Made by a program: the position numbers and the translations under genes. A DNA stretch of 64,000 nucleotides from IMG/VR virus record IMGVR_UViG_3300048838_000628, positions 1-64,000 of that record; one strand, written 5' to 3'. Under the pieces are notes generated by a model. The model was not told the origin of the DNA and made no database searches. It was given only the letters and a program-made list of their open reading frames with translations. This document shows, piece after piece, positions 28,178-37,481 of the stretch; position 1 is the first letter of the stretch, and every line of letters begins with the position of its first letter. The stretch comes from a virus.

Positions 28178-28894
28178 TTGGAATACGTATTGGGTGACGG
28201 CATTGGGTACATTGATTTTGTAGATATTATGCCGAAGCATGATTTACACGAATATTCAAATGGTGATAAAATCTCTACAATTGAAAAACGTGTTGTTGAG
28301 GCTGCACGTGTTAGTTTTGTTGGTGACGGGGCTTCAACGGAAGATAGAAATTTAGCACGTGATTTAAAGCTGCTTAAGTTCTTACTTGCAAACGGGCATA
28401 CGACGCCACTAGAACACGTTAACGTTACAATGGCTATCAAAACACCGCTGTTTGTCAGCAAACAGATAATGAGGCATAGGACTTGGAGCTTTAACGAAAT
28501 CTCACGACGATATACAAGCGTAGAACCTGAATTCTATATTCCCAAACAGTTTCGCAAACAAACGCTTACTAATCGTCAAGGTTCTGGTGAGTTTATGAAA
28601 GATAAGCAAAACGCTTTCTTTGCTGGCTCTTTAACAGAGCTTTGCGAAAACGCTGTAATAACATATAACTACGCAATCTCACAAGGTATGAGTAAAGAAC
28701 TTGCACGTATGTGGCTACCACAAAACATGTACACTTGTCTTGTTGGAACTGTTGATTTAAAAAACATGATTGATTTTGTTAATAAACGTGTTGCTACAGA
28801 CGCACAATGGGAGATTAGAGTTTATGCTGCCGCTATGCAAAGATATATCGCCAAGGTTGCGCCTAATATAGCAATTCTATTGTGGGCATTATGA
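28178..28894 (+). CDS. thyX: FAD-dependent thymidylate synthase
   Basis: AARVS; HTTPLEH; RHRTWSFNEISRRY; ELAR..LP; AQWEIR. Confidence 0.95.
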   Translation: MEYVLGDGIGYIDFVDIMPKHDLHEYSNGDKISTIEKRVVEAARVSFVGDGASTEDRNLARDLKLLKFLLANGHTTPLEHVNVTMAIKTPLFVSKQIMRHRTWSFNEISRRYTSVEPEFYIPKQFRKQTLTNRQGSGEFMKDKQNAFFAGSLTELCENAVITYNYAISQGMSKELARMWLPQNMYTCLVGTVDLKNMIDFVNKRVATDAQWEIRVYAAAMQRYIAKVAPNIAILLWAL

Positions 28895-29136
28895 AAAACT
28901 TAATCTCTCTTTATAAGCAAAAAGAAACGTTAGAAACTCGTGTTGTTTTTTTAGAGGAACAAATTTTAAACTGGGGAGCTGACGGGTTTACTGATATTTA
29001 TAATAGTCGCGAAGAATATGTAAGAGCAACATCTGAACTAGAAGAAATAAAAGATCATTTAATTAAACTAGAGGAAAAGATAGAATATGAACTCGGAAGA
29101 AAGATTATACGTAGAAACAAGAATGAATGGAGCTGA
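28882..29136 (+). CDS. Coiled-coil hypothetical protein
   Basis: Heptad pattern. Confidence 0.55.
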   Translation: MGIMKNLISLYKQKETLETRVVFLEEQILNWGADGFTDIYNSREEYVRATSELEEIKDHLIKLEEKIEYELGRKIIRRNKNEWS

Positions 29137-29410
29137 TCTGTTTGAAAAGCGTGATTATGATATTCACTTTCAAGCAGAGTTTGAAACTCCAGACAACATC
29201 GCTATTTATATCAGCTTTGCAATTGAAAACTCTATAGTTGCAGGCTTTACTGTAAATCTAGAATTCTATGAAGATCAAGAACTAACTACAGATGTTCTTC
29301 ATGAAGCTATTGAGCATTTTATTGGTGAGAATATGGCTACACAACAGCAGATTGATAGACTTTATCTACGGGTAACTACAGAAAATTATAATACCGGAAT
29401 GGTGCATTAA
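29123..29410 (+). CDS. Acidic hypothetical protein
   Basis: Track ORF 29087..29410; start uncertain. Confidence 0.55.
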   Translation: MNGADLFEKRDYDIHFQAEFETPDNIAIYISFAIENSIVAGFTVNLEFYEDQELTTDVLHEAIEHFIGENMATQQQIDRLYLRVTTENYNTGMVH

Positions 29411-29694
29411 TGTCATTAGATTTAAATAATAATCCAGAGTACAAGCATTTTAAAGAAATGCTGGCACAGCTTGTATCGGCACTTGATGATCCTAAGTACA
29501 CAGAGTTTGAAGCACTTGCCAAAGAACTTACTGACGAGCAAATGCTAAGAATTTTTTATCACAAAGTTAGTCATCAAGTTTTAGGCGCAATTACAGTTGA
29601 TCCATATTCAGAGCCAATTTTGCTTTATGATTTAAATATGTTTATGATGTTCTTAAGGGAGCGATATGAAGGCATTCATTCTACCGGGGAGTAA
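29410..29694 (+). CDS. Hypothetical protein
   Basis: TAATG coupling. Confidence 0.6.
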   Translation: MSLDLNNNPEYKHFKEMLAQLVSALDDPKYTEFEALAKELTDEQMLRIFYHKVSHQVLGAITVDPYSEPILLYDLNMFMMFLRERYEGIHSTGE

Positions 29695-30172
29695 TATTCT
29701 TTCACCTAATAACGGTGATGCAGGTTATGATTTAACATTTAATAGCGAATTATACACAAAAGATTCTACTTTAGAAGTTACGTCACCACTTGCTGAAGTT
29801 TGCTGTTATGGCGGGGCTTTGCACTTTTCTACACTAAACGAACCATCTTATTTTCGTGTATTGATTAATACAGGTGTAGCAGTACAAACGCCACATGGAC
29901 ATTTTGGCAAAATCTTAGATCGCAGCTCTATGGCTAAGAAAGGATTTTATATTAGCGGCGGTGTAATTGATAACGGATACCGTGGATTTATTCATATTAT
30001 TTTTAATCTAATTCTTGGTGCCGATGATTTTCGTGTTATTGCTCATGGGGACAAGATTGCCCAAATGGTTATTCTGCCGCATAATAATACAGAACTATTT
30101 CTTGTCGACACTATCGAAGATTTAACTCCTACCGTAAGAGGCGCTAAAGGTTTTGGGAGTACAGGACGATGA
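29666..30172 (+). CDS. dut: Trimeric dUTPase
   Basis: DAGYDL; RSS; GVIDNGYRG; GDKIAQ; RGAKGFGSTG. Confidence 0.95.
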   Translation: MKAFILPGSNILSPNNGDAGYDLTFNSELYTKDSTLEVTSPLAEVCCYGGALHFSTLNEPSYFRVLINTGVAVQTPHGHFGKILDRSSMAKKGFYISGGVIDNGYRGFIHIIFNLILGADDFRVIAHGDKIAQMVILPHNNTELFLVDTIEDLTPTVRGAKGFGSTGR

Positions 30173-30402
30173 GTATTTTTATGTTGCTATTCACAAAACA
30201 CATTCAACGAAGACTAAATGATTATGACCAGACTTTGCTACAAGAGATTAAAGATTTAACTGGTAAAGACGTTTCGGCACTTCAGCACTATAGCATGAAT
30301 TATATTGTTGCTGAACTAGAAGCGGGCAAGCAATTTGCTTTAGCCAACAGGCTTAAAGAGGCGATGAGAGAAGTTTATAAAGGTTTGAATGATGACATCT
30401 AA
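30169..30402 (+). CDS. Hypothetical protein
   Basis: ATGA coupling. Confidence 0.55.
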   Translation: MSIFMLLFTKHIQRRLNDYDQTLLQEIKDLTGKDVSALQHYSMNYIVAELEAGKQFALANRLKEAMREVYKGLNDDI

Positions 30403-30640
30403 ATTATATATTGCCTATACAGAATATCAACCAGAAGATAACGAAGAACATTCTTCGCGCATTATCGGTATTTTTGATACCAAAGAAGGAGCAGCCGAAT
30501 GTTTGATTGTTTGGATGGATCACATGAGAGAGATTAATAAAAAGCACGGCGATAGAGCAGATTATTTTACTAATAAAGACAAGCCAATGATTGTTGAAGT
30601 TGAACTAAATATGCCTATCAAATACGGACTTATTATATGA
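30389..30640 (+). CDS. Hypothetical protein
   Basis: IIGIFDTKEGA pattern of the kind seen in small phage proteins. Confidence 0.6.
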   Translation: MMTSKLYIAYTEYQPEDNEEHSSRIIGIFDTKEGAAECLIVWMDHMREINKKHGDRADYFTNKDKPMIVEVELNMPIKYGLII

Positions 30641-31419
30641 AACCGTTTGGAATCGTTTACAGGGTTACAAACACTGTGAACGGGAAAACATATATAGGCA
30701 TAACAACACGAAGTTTAAGTATAAGAAAGTCTGGACATTACAATAGAGCAAATAACGGTTCCAAAAACAAATTTCATAGAGCCTTGTTAAAACATCGAGA
30801 AGATTGTTTTGTTTGGGAAACAATTTGCTCTTGTAATGATTTGCTGGAACTTGAAGAAAAAGAAAAATATTATATCTCGCTTTTTAAAGAAGATGAATTA
30901 TATAATATAACTGAAGGCGGCAGAGTCGGTGCTTTAGGATACAAACATACAGATGAAGAAAGAAAAAGACGATCTGATAAATTAAAAACGGCTGGTGGTA
31001 TTAGGCGCTCTGATAAATTAAATAAGCCAATAGTTTGTATAAACAATAACGATGTGTTTGCTTCTATTTCTGATGCTGGAAGATTTTTTGATATATCCGA
31101 TAAAAATATTGGCAAGTTGTTAAAAAGGGGATATGGAACTTTAAGAGGTCTAATGTTCAGATATGCAACAGAAAAAGAATGGGCAAATATTGACAAAGAA
31201 AAAACACAATATAACGAACAAGAATTAAAAGAAATGAAAAAAGCTAACAGTTTAAAACCAAACGGTAGGCGAGTTAAGTGTTTAGAAGATGAACGTATAT
31301 TTAAAAGCGCGTCAGAGGCGGCTAGATTTTATAAAATAAGAGCTGGCGGAATAACAAGAGTTTGTAGGGGTGAAAGAAACAAGTATTCTAATATGAGGTT
31401 TGTTTATGTGGACAACTAA
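30637..31419 (+). CDS. Free-standing GIY-YIG homing endonuclease with NUMOD-like repeats
   Basis: GIVYRVTNTVNGKTYIGIT; YN..EGG; KHTDE; two copies of VxC...F.S.S(D/E)A.RF. Confidence 0.9.
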   Translation: MKPFGIVYRVTNTVNGKTYIGITTRSLSIRKSGHYNRANNGSKNKFHRALLKHREDCFVWETICSCNDLLELEEKEKYYISLFKEDELYNITEGGRVGALGYKHTDEERKRRSDKLKTAGGIRRSDKLNKPIVCINNNDVFASISDAGRFFDISDKNIGKLLKRGYGTLRGLMFRYATEKEWANIDKEKTQYNEQELKEMKKANSLKPNGRRVKCLEDERIFKSASEAARFYKIRAGGITRVCRGERNKYSNMRFVYVDN

Positions 31420-31873
31420 ATCAACAGAAAAGAACGATGAGTTTACAACCGGCTCTAAACGTGGTAGTCAAGAAGGTAAAACAAGATACGATTTAATTGA
31501 TCCGTATTTTCTCAAAGAACTTGGCGATCTTATGCACCGTGGTGAAAAAATATATGGAGAAAATAATTGGAAGTTGGGGCAGCCTATTTCAAGAACTTAT
31601 GCTTCTTTGCTTAGACACACCGTAGAGCTTGTTTTGTATCCCAAAGATGAAGAAAATCATTTGGCGGCAATTGCTTATAATACAATGGTTATCATACATC
31701 ATATAAGAGCCATTGCAGAAGGCGAGCTTCCAAGTGAACTGGCCGATACCGACTGGTCTAAGTTGTTAATTGAAAATTATAATGCCAGAAAATCGAACGC
31801 TACAGCCCCTAATTTAAACGATAGTGGCGATGTGGCTACGATCATAGCCGTAAACAAAAAAGATCGCTTGTAG
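31406..31873 (+). CDS. DUF5664 family protein (dATP/dGTP diphosphohydrolase-like)
   Basis: GKTRYDLI.P..L...M..G...YG..NW..G.P.SR.Y.S..RH...HLAAI.YN. Confidence 0.8.
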   Translation: MWTTKSTEKNDEFTTGSKRGSQEGKTRYDLIDPYFLKELGDLMHRGEKIYGENNWKLGQPISRTYASLLRHTVELVLYPKDEENHLAAIAYNTMVIIHHIRAIAEGELPSELADTDWSKLLIENYNARKSNATAPNLNDSGDVATIIAVNKKDRL

Positions 31874-31891
31874 GGGCATCCAGAGGGCAAA

Positions 31892-32332
31892 ATGCATATC
31901 AAATCACAAGTAGTGTCGGACTCGGAGTTCTGCAATAAAGACATGAGTTATTCTGTAGTGCATTATAGCGACTTTAACAGAATGAACATGTTCGGGATTA
32001 TTTTACATCACAGTCAGTTTATTAACTGTACGTTTCGTAATTGTGACTTTTCATATGCCGATTTATCCAGTTGTGATTTCATAGACTGTATATTTCATGA
32101 CTGCGTATTCTATCGAGCAAATATAGAAAACTGTAAAGGATTAGTTTATGACAACATTCGGTCTAGTACTTTTAAACCTTTTCTTTTTGGTGGTAGTGTT
32201 GTTTACTGGACGGAAAAGGCAATAGGCGACAAGAGGTTTATTGTAAATTACTACGAAGATATTCTTCTAGAGGATGAACTAAACGAGCTAGAAGAACGCT
32301 TTAAAGCTTTTATCAACCGAAATAGTATATAA
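31892..32332 (+). CDS. Pentapeptide-repeat protein
   Basis: SQFIN-CTFRN-CDFSY-ADLSS-CDFID-CIFHD-CVFYR-ANIEN. Confidence 0.85.
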   Translation: MHIKSQVVSDSEFCNKDMSYSVVHYSDFNRMNMFGIILHHSQFINCTFRNCDFSYADLSSCDFIDCIFHDCVFYRANIENCKGLVYDNIRSSTFKPFLFGGSVVYWTEKAIGDKRFIVNYYEDILLEDELNELEERFKAFINRNSI

Positions 32333-32362
32333 AAAACTGGGGAGCTTGCGCTCCCCTTTTTT
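32331..32362. terminator. Bidirectional Rho-independent terminator where the two arms converge
   Basis: AAAAAA-CT-GGGGAGC-TTGC-GCTCCCC-TTTTTT. Confidence 0.9.
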
Positions 32363-32367
32363 GATTC

Positions 32368-33687
32368 CTAGCTATTCTTACTAATAAGCCTTTGCTTCAA
32401 ACTCTCTGTTAGTTCAATCTCTGAAGCTAGGTTTATGCTTCCACCAGCGTCCATTGGCACAAATGCATTAGGGCTAATAGAATAAGCAGTCCAACCTAAT
32501 TCAAGATTGCCGTTTCTAGGATTGATAAACAAATAAGCGCGCCAATCGTAGCCATTCATGCGAACGTTTGATTTAACAAATTCGTATCCTACTTGATCTT
32601 TCTGAAGATTAAATAAGATACTAGCCGACGTAGTTGGTGAGGTGCGAAAACGTAATGAATCGCTACCAGTATACATAATCTTTCTTAGTTCTCCACCTAG
32701 AGCCATATTTATCTCCTTCTGTTCCTCGTTACTAAAATCTCCATAACATAATTGTTCTATTAGCTTCTCATAACCAGATATATCATAATACTCTTTCCAC
32801 ACTCCTTGTCCACCCCAACAAAAATAGCAAACACCTTTTATGTTTATTTCTTTCTTGTATAGAGCGTTCCAAACAGATTGTAATTGCAAGAAAGCATATT
32901 GCTCCCAAGAAGCAAGATCAGTTTTCCATGTCATGAAAGCAAGAATAGATTTGCCTATTCCCATATGAGATGGCGAAAATCCTGGAACGGATGACTGATA
33001 ATTATAATAAGCGTGAATTGTGTCAAAGCCCCATTCGGTTATAATGATGTTTGGCAAATTGCCAAAGTTTGCAATACAGTAATCGTTTATGTGTTTAAAT
33101 CTACCAAATAGATTTGGCCGAGTGTGATTTAAGTCTTTAACCCATTTTTGATAATCTGTACTGCCACCATATTCTGCATACCAGTTTGTTGCTGCATATT
33201 CATGTAGACCAAGATAAAGATAATCTGGATTATCGCAAATAAGTTTAAACAAAGGTTTTAGCATTTCATACTGTGCAGGATTATTATTAGGAGTTTCTGG
33301 TGTTCCTACAGAGAAGTTGCATAAAACAACTTTAGTTTTATTTTTAATTGCTATCTTAGCGCACTCTATTTCCCAATCAACCATGGCTTTTGTAATAGCA
33401 GGCTCGTTGTTGGTGTGCAAGACAAGTCCATAATTTGCGGCTGCTGAATAAATGTTCCACCACGTTTCAGGCGATATTTGCATCCATAAGTTATCTTGGT
33501 TAGGAAGGGCCATATCTCGATATATGACGTTCATATAAGGGAACCTGCCTTTCATCTCAGCAGCAAAAGGCATAGAGTTTATAACCAGAATACTTTCTGG
33601 CTGGTCAACAGATAAATAACTAATTAAATCTGTTTTTTGCTTATCTGTTATAAACAAACCATCTATGTTAAGCCCCATGCGTTTCAT
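32368..33687 (-). CDS. Putative lysin: clan GH-A-like TIM-barrel glycoside hydrolase with C-terminal SH3b-like domain
   Basis: NEP (acid/base), LGLHEY, IITEWG (nucleophile); C-terminal LRFRTSPTTS...W...GW. Confidence 0.65.
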   Translation of the reverse strand: MKRMGLNIDGLFITDKQKTDLISYLSVDQPESILVINSMPFAAEMKGRFPYMNVIYRDMALPNQDNLWMQISPETWWNIYSAAANYGLVLHTNNEPAITKAMVDWEIECAKIAIKNKTKVVLCNFSVGTPETPNNNPAQYEMLKPLFKLICDNPDYLYLGLHEYAATNWYAEYGGSTDYQKWVKDLNHTRPNLFGRFKHINDYCIANFGNLPNIIITEWGFDTIHAYYNYQSSVPGFSPSHMGIGKSILAFMTWKTDLASWEQYAFLQLQSVWNALYKKEINIKGVCYFCWGGQGVWKEYYDISGYEKLIEQLCYGDFSNEEQKEINMALGGELRKIMYTGSDSLRFRTSPTTSASILFNLQKDQVGYEFVKSNVRMNGYDWRAYLFINPRNGNLELGWTAYSISPNAFVPMDAGGSINLASEIELTESLKQRLISKNS

Positions 33688-34394
33688 TTTTTTTTACCCT
33701 TTAAATACATACCTTGAAAGGGCATGTTACTACCTGTGCCAAGTTGTGCTATAGCTTCGGCAAAAGACTGTACAGAGTAGCGCATGTAGGCTCTTGTGTT
33801 TGGATCGTGAGTTATAATATCCCCATCGTATCCAACAACAACTAAGAAATGTCCGTAATTTTTGCCCCTAATTAGCTTGTCATAGTTCACAAGCATTAGA
33901 ACAGGAATGTTCTGATACACGCTTTTTAATATCTTACTCATATGCAAAGGCCGAAAATATTCTGGCGAGTAATTATGTTTCTTTGCTAAATATATTAACT
34001 GGTTAAAACTAACAAAGTCCCTACCAATTAATTGTATATCAGAGGCCAAATCGTTAACAGAGCGATCAAACCCGTTTATGTTTCGCATTAAAATAGATAG
34101 AGATGCAAGACCGCAGTCATTAGGATGTTTGCTGCTGTCGGCATCATTTTGTGAGACATAATCTGTAGTTATAACGTGTTCTTTTAGCTCCACATAATCA
34201 TGTACGTCTTTGTGTACCCAAAAGTCCTTACCGTTGTAATTGTAATTGACCCATTTTTCGTTCTCTTGTATATATTCGGCAATCACACCAATTGATGTTA
34301 AATACCATTCAACACGAGAATTAATGTCTGGTGCAGCACGACAATTAACATGACTGTGGTTGCTTGCCCCTAACGCATTTATATAAACTTGCAT
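33684..34394 (-). CDS. Putative endolysin: SH3b-like domain + C39-like cysteine peptidase
   Basis: VNCRAAP...WV; YVSQ...NDCGLAS...GHFLVVVGYD...HDP. Confidence 0.8.
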   Translation of the reverse strand: MQVYINALGASNHSHVNCRAAPDINSRVEWYLTSIGVIAEYIQENEKWVNYNYNGKDFWVHKDVHDYVELKEHVITTDYVSQNDADSSKHPNDCGLASLSILMRNINGFDRSVNDLASDIQLIGRDFVSFNQLIYLAKKHNYSPEYFRPLHMSKILKSVYQNIPVLMLVNYDKLIRGKNYGHFLVVVGYDGDIITHDPNTRAYMRYSVQSFAEAIAQLGTGSNMPFQGMYLKGKKK

Positions 34395-34405
34395 AGCGCC
34401 TCCTT

Positions 34406-34432
34406 AAAAAGATGGGGCGGCTTTCGCCGCCC
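34406..34432 (-). terminator. Terminator-like hairpin between holin and lysins
   Basis: GGGCGGC-GAAA-GCCGCCC followed by CATCTTTTT on the - strand. Confidence 0.75.
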
Positions 34433-34459
34433 ACTAGGGGAATCTAGTTGAAACGGTGA

Positions 34460-34873
34460 TTAACCGATTCTCTGTAATTGTGAAGCTGCTTCGTGCTTAG
34501 AAATCTTTTCTTCAGAAATCTGTGCTTTAGTAGCATCTAACAGCGATTCAATAACGCTTTCTAGCAGATCAATAGATACTTCTTCATATCCTTGTTCCGC
34601 AAGCCACTGACGAGCCTTATCTGTAGCAAGGCGTAACTTTTCTTTTGCTTCAAGTTTAAGCTCTGCACCAACAATTTCAGCGATACGAATACCGAAACGA
34701 GCAGCGCTTTCATAAGCCAAGCGTACATCTTCAGGACGTGACATAAGAAATTCTTCCCAACGGCCACGAACCCAAACAGTAACATATCCAACCACTACCG
34801 GAACAAGAACCGCCACAAGTGCCGCCAGAAGGTTGATAAGGTTTTGCAGAACTGGCGTCCAATCAATTTCCAT
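34460..34873 (-). CDS. Holin (LL-H-like)
   Basis: One N-terminal TM helix; A..AE...KEKL..A...L...IE pattern. Confidence 0.75.
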   Translation of the reverse strand: MEIDWTPVLQNLINLLAALVAVLVPVVVGYVTVWVRGRWEEFLMSRPEDVRLAYESAARFGIRIAEIVGAELKLEAKEKLRLATDKARQWLAEQGYEEVSIDLLESVIESLLDATKAQISEEKISKHEAASQLQRIG

Positions 34874-35519
34874 TTTGAATCTCCTTTAACTGTCTTTCTA
34901 ATTTACTGATAACGATTTCTTTTTCTCGTAACTGTATTTCTAAGGTTTCAATAACGGTCACAAGCTCTTTGTTTAAAATAGTTAATCGCTCAACTTCTTT
35001 ACGTAAGCTTTCCATCTCATTGCTCATCTCACTCACTTGCTGTTTAAGACTCATTATAACAAACGAATTTTTTGTTGCAGTTTCAAGTCTCTGATTGGCT
35101 TGCTTTAAATCTTCAATGAGATTATCGACTTTTCTTTGTAGCTCTTTGCGTTGTTCTTCGTTAACAGCAAACTCTTTCTTTGTTTCTTCAAGCTCTTGTT
35201 TAATTGCTTGACGATATTCTTGGCTATCTCGCAGCAACATCTCCTGCATCATGTTAGCCATTAAAGTTCGGTTTTTAATTTCTTCTGAATATGTCGTTTC
35301 AGCATTTTGCGCCTTAAGCATTTCTACTTCATCTCTATTTTTAGCAGCAGCAATACGATTACGCCAGTAGAGAAAAAGTATTAAAATGAAATTTAAGACT
35401 ACGGCAGAAATAACATATGAGATATTATTAGAAGAAGCTGTTTGAAGTTCTTGCAAGAGTTTTAGAAACTCGTTAATCTCCTGCCCCATCTGATTCGTTA
35501 CTATCGTTGCTAGCGGCAT
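34863..35519 (-). CDS. Membrane-anchored coiled-coil protein (lysis accessory)
   Basis: One TM helix followed by a long heptad repeat. Confidence 0.65.
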   Translation of the reverse strand: MPLATIVTNQMGQEINEFLKLLQELQTASSNNISYVISAVVLNFILILFLYWRNRIAAAKNRDEVEMLKAQNAETTYSEEIKNRTLMANMMQEMLLRDSQEYRQAIKQELEETKKEFAVNEEQRKELQRKVDNLIEDLKQANQRLETATKNSFVIMSLKQQVSEMSNEMESLRKEVERLTILNKELVTVIETLEIQLREKEIVISKLERQLKEIQNGN

Positions 35520-35658
35520 TAAAAACTCCTAACAGTTGTAAGAACAGTTCGGCAATGGTTTTATTCTTACCATCGTCTAACCTATAAGTTGTGCCGGAAG
35601 GCGTATTTGCAAGAACCAGTAAAACCTCGCGCAGCAATTCTTCTTTAATTTTTACCAT
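35473..35658 (-). CDS. Small hypothetical protein (possible fibre chaperone)
   Basis: Start MVKIK after AAGGGG. Confidence 0.55.
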   Translation of the reverse strand: MVKIKEELLREVLLVLANTPSGTTYRLDDGKNKTIAELFLQLLGVFNAASNDSNESDGAGD

Positions 35659-35675
35659 TTTATTTCCCCTTTTTA

Positions 35676-37475
35676 TTATGCCAACATTGTTTCTTTTGCT
35701 ACCCAAACTGAACTTTCACGACGCTCAAAAGCAAGATTGTTGCCGTCTTTAATAATGCGCCATGTGCCGTCTACGGCGGGATCGCCTAAGTAGAAAGCGG
35801 CTTCGCTTCGTACACCGTCGACATTGACGCTACCACGCTCAACACCAGCGGTTAAGAATTTAATCTTATTAGAACCAGTTAGCGCAAGACTTCCAGTTGA
35901 AACTGTTTCAATAAATGCATCGCCAGCAGCAATACCGGCAGTGGTCGTATAACTTGCACCAGCAACACCGGCATACATATAGGGATTACCAAAGCGCGAA
36001 ATACGAATAAAAGCCCTACCGTTAGTTGTATTGCTATCAAAACCTGCGATAACGCTATCGCCATCTCGGAACACACCTAGCTTAGCATCTGTTGATTCTG
36101 TGCCAAGAAGCAAAGAACCATTGCTACCTTCTGGAATAAATCTAGCCACACGTCTTGTGCCACCAGAATTATTTACGTTAATATCAAGGCAACCAACACG
36201 AGAAGCATGATTGCTTACTAGCCAGAAGTAATTTAGACTACCAATTTCTGTATCTTCAGTTGTTGATGTTTCAACAGCAGCTTGTATTTTTAGACCAATT
36301 CCATCAGCAGGTGTTCCAGTAGTGTTTTTGGTGAACCTAATAATTTCAGAAGTGCTATTGTTTAGCGCATCTTCAAGTAAATAATCACCACCACCTCCAA
36401 CAGAAGCATTGATAATAGGATTAAGCGGGTCTGTGTTATCAACAGTAACGTTTGTTCCGGCTACAACACTTTCTAGTTTAGAATCGAGTGCAGCATCTAA
36501 ATCTGTTTGATCTGATAACGTACCCGTAATGCTTCCCCAAGTACCACCACCGCCAGACATTGTTTCAATCTTATCTCTGATAGCGTTTTTGGTAGGAGCA
36601 TCCGTATTCCCATTCCATGTAGTGGCGTCATAAGCATCATCAGATACGTTGATAATCGTAGGCTTGTTTAATATCTGTGCGTCACCAGAAACAGCGTCCC
36701 AGTCAGCGTTTACATTAGCTTCTGCTGTAGTGCTGATAATGGGGTTATTTGGATCGGTATTATCAACAGAGACAAGACCCGTTCCAGAAACTCCATCAAC
36801 CTTAGCATCAAGAGCAAGCTGCAAATCTGTCTGGTCGCTTAGTGTTCCAGCAATATCGCCCCAATCAGGTGAACCGCTAGTGGCCGGTTTATCTTCTAAA
36901 ATCCAGTCGCTACCAGCAGTACGGTAAACGAGAATTTTGCCATCCGTAGGGCTTCCTACTGTGCTATCTAAAGGTGTACCACGCAAAGCCACAACAGTTA
37001 ATGCGCCAGAACCAGTAGCATCACCTGTGTGCGTAGCATTATTTACAATAGTCGGCTTATTAAGAATTTGCGCATCACCTGATACCGCATTCCAATCTGC
37101 GTTAACGTTTACTTCAGCACCAGTAGCAATACCAGAGAGTTTTGTTTTCTCTGTTGCCGTAAAGACTTTATTTGTAGTTCCGTCTGTGTGATTGTCCGTA
37201 TCAAATGCATCACCAGATACACCTTGAGGGTCATACGTAGCAATAAGCATGTCCCCAAGACCTGAAGCGGCTGCGAATTCAAGGCCGTCCTCTGTGTTAT
37301 TAACAACCACAACTTGACCAGAAGCACCAGTGTAATCGCTTGGCGTGTCTGTAAGATCAAGAAATTCTTCAGCACCACCGCCACCATTTGTTTCTAAATC
37401 ATTTACAAAATTTGTTAAAGTGTTTAACCACGCTCTTAAATCAAAAGGATTGCGCGGTGGCTGAACTATAGGCAT
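35676..37475 (-). CDS. Tail fibre protein 2
   Basis: G/T/D-rich; EKTKLSGIATGAEVNVNADW fibre motif; internal repeats; position in the operon. Confidence 0.8.
   Translation of the reverse strand: MPIVQPPRNPFDLRAWLNTLTNFVNDLETNGGGGAEEFLDLTDTPSDYTGASGQVVVVNNTEDGLEFAAASGLGDMLIATYDPQGVSGDAFDTDNHTDGTTNKVFTATEKTKLSGIATGAEVNVNADWNAVSGDAQILNKPTIVNNATHTGDATGSGALTVVALRGTPLDSTVGSPTDGKILVYRTAGSDWILEDKPATSGSPDWGDIAGTLSDQTDLQLALDAKVDGVSGTGLVSVDNTDPNNPIISTTAEANVNADWDAVSGDAQILNKPTIINVSDDAYDATTWNGNTDAPTKNAIRDKIETMSGGGGTWGSITGTLSDQTDLDAALDSKLESVVAGTNVTVDNTDPLNPIINASVGGGGDYLLEDALNNSTSEIIRFTKNTTGTPADGIGLKIQAAVETSTTEDTEIGSLNYFWLVSNHASRVGCLDINVNNSGGTRRVARFIPEGSNGSLLLGTESTDAKLGVFRDGDSVIAGFDSNTTNGRAFIRISRFGNPYMYAGVAGASYTTTAGIAAGDAFIETVSTGSLALTGSNKIKFLTAGVERGSVNVDGVRSEAAFYLGDPAVDGTWRIIKDGNNLAFERRESSVWVAKETMLA
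36657..37118 (-). repeat. Internal duplication in tail fibre
   Basis: AE(V/A)NVNADW(N/D)AVSGDAQILNKPTI occurs twice; WG.I.GTLSDQTDL..ALD and VDNTDP.NPII also occur twice in the gene. Confidence 0.85.
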
Positions 37476-37481
37476 AGTTTT

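Noticed and set aside
31406-31873. 2-aminoadenine (Z) genome system
   Set aside because: No PurZ or DatZ visible in the window; they could lie outside it, so the idea is unsupported here.
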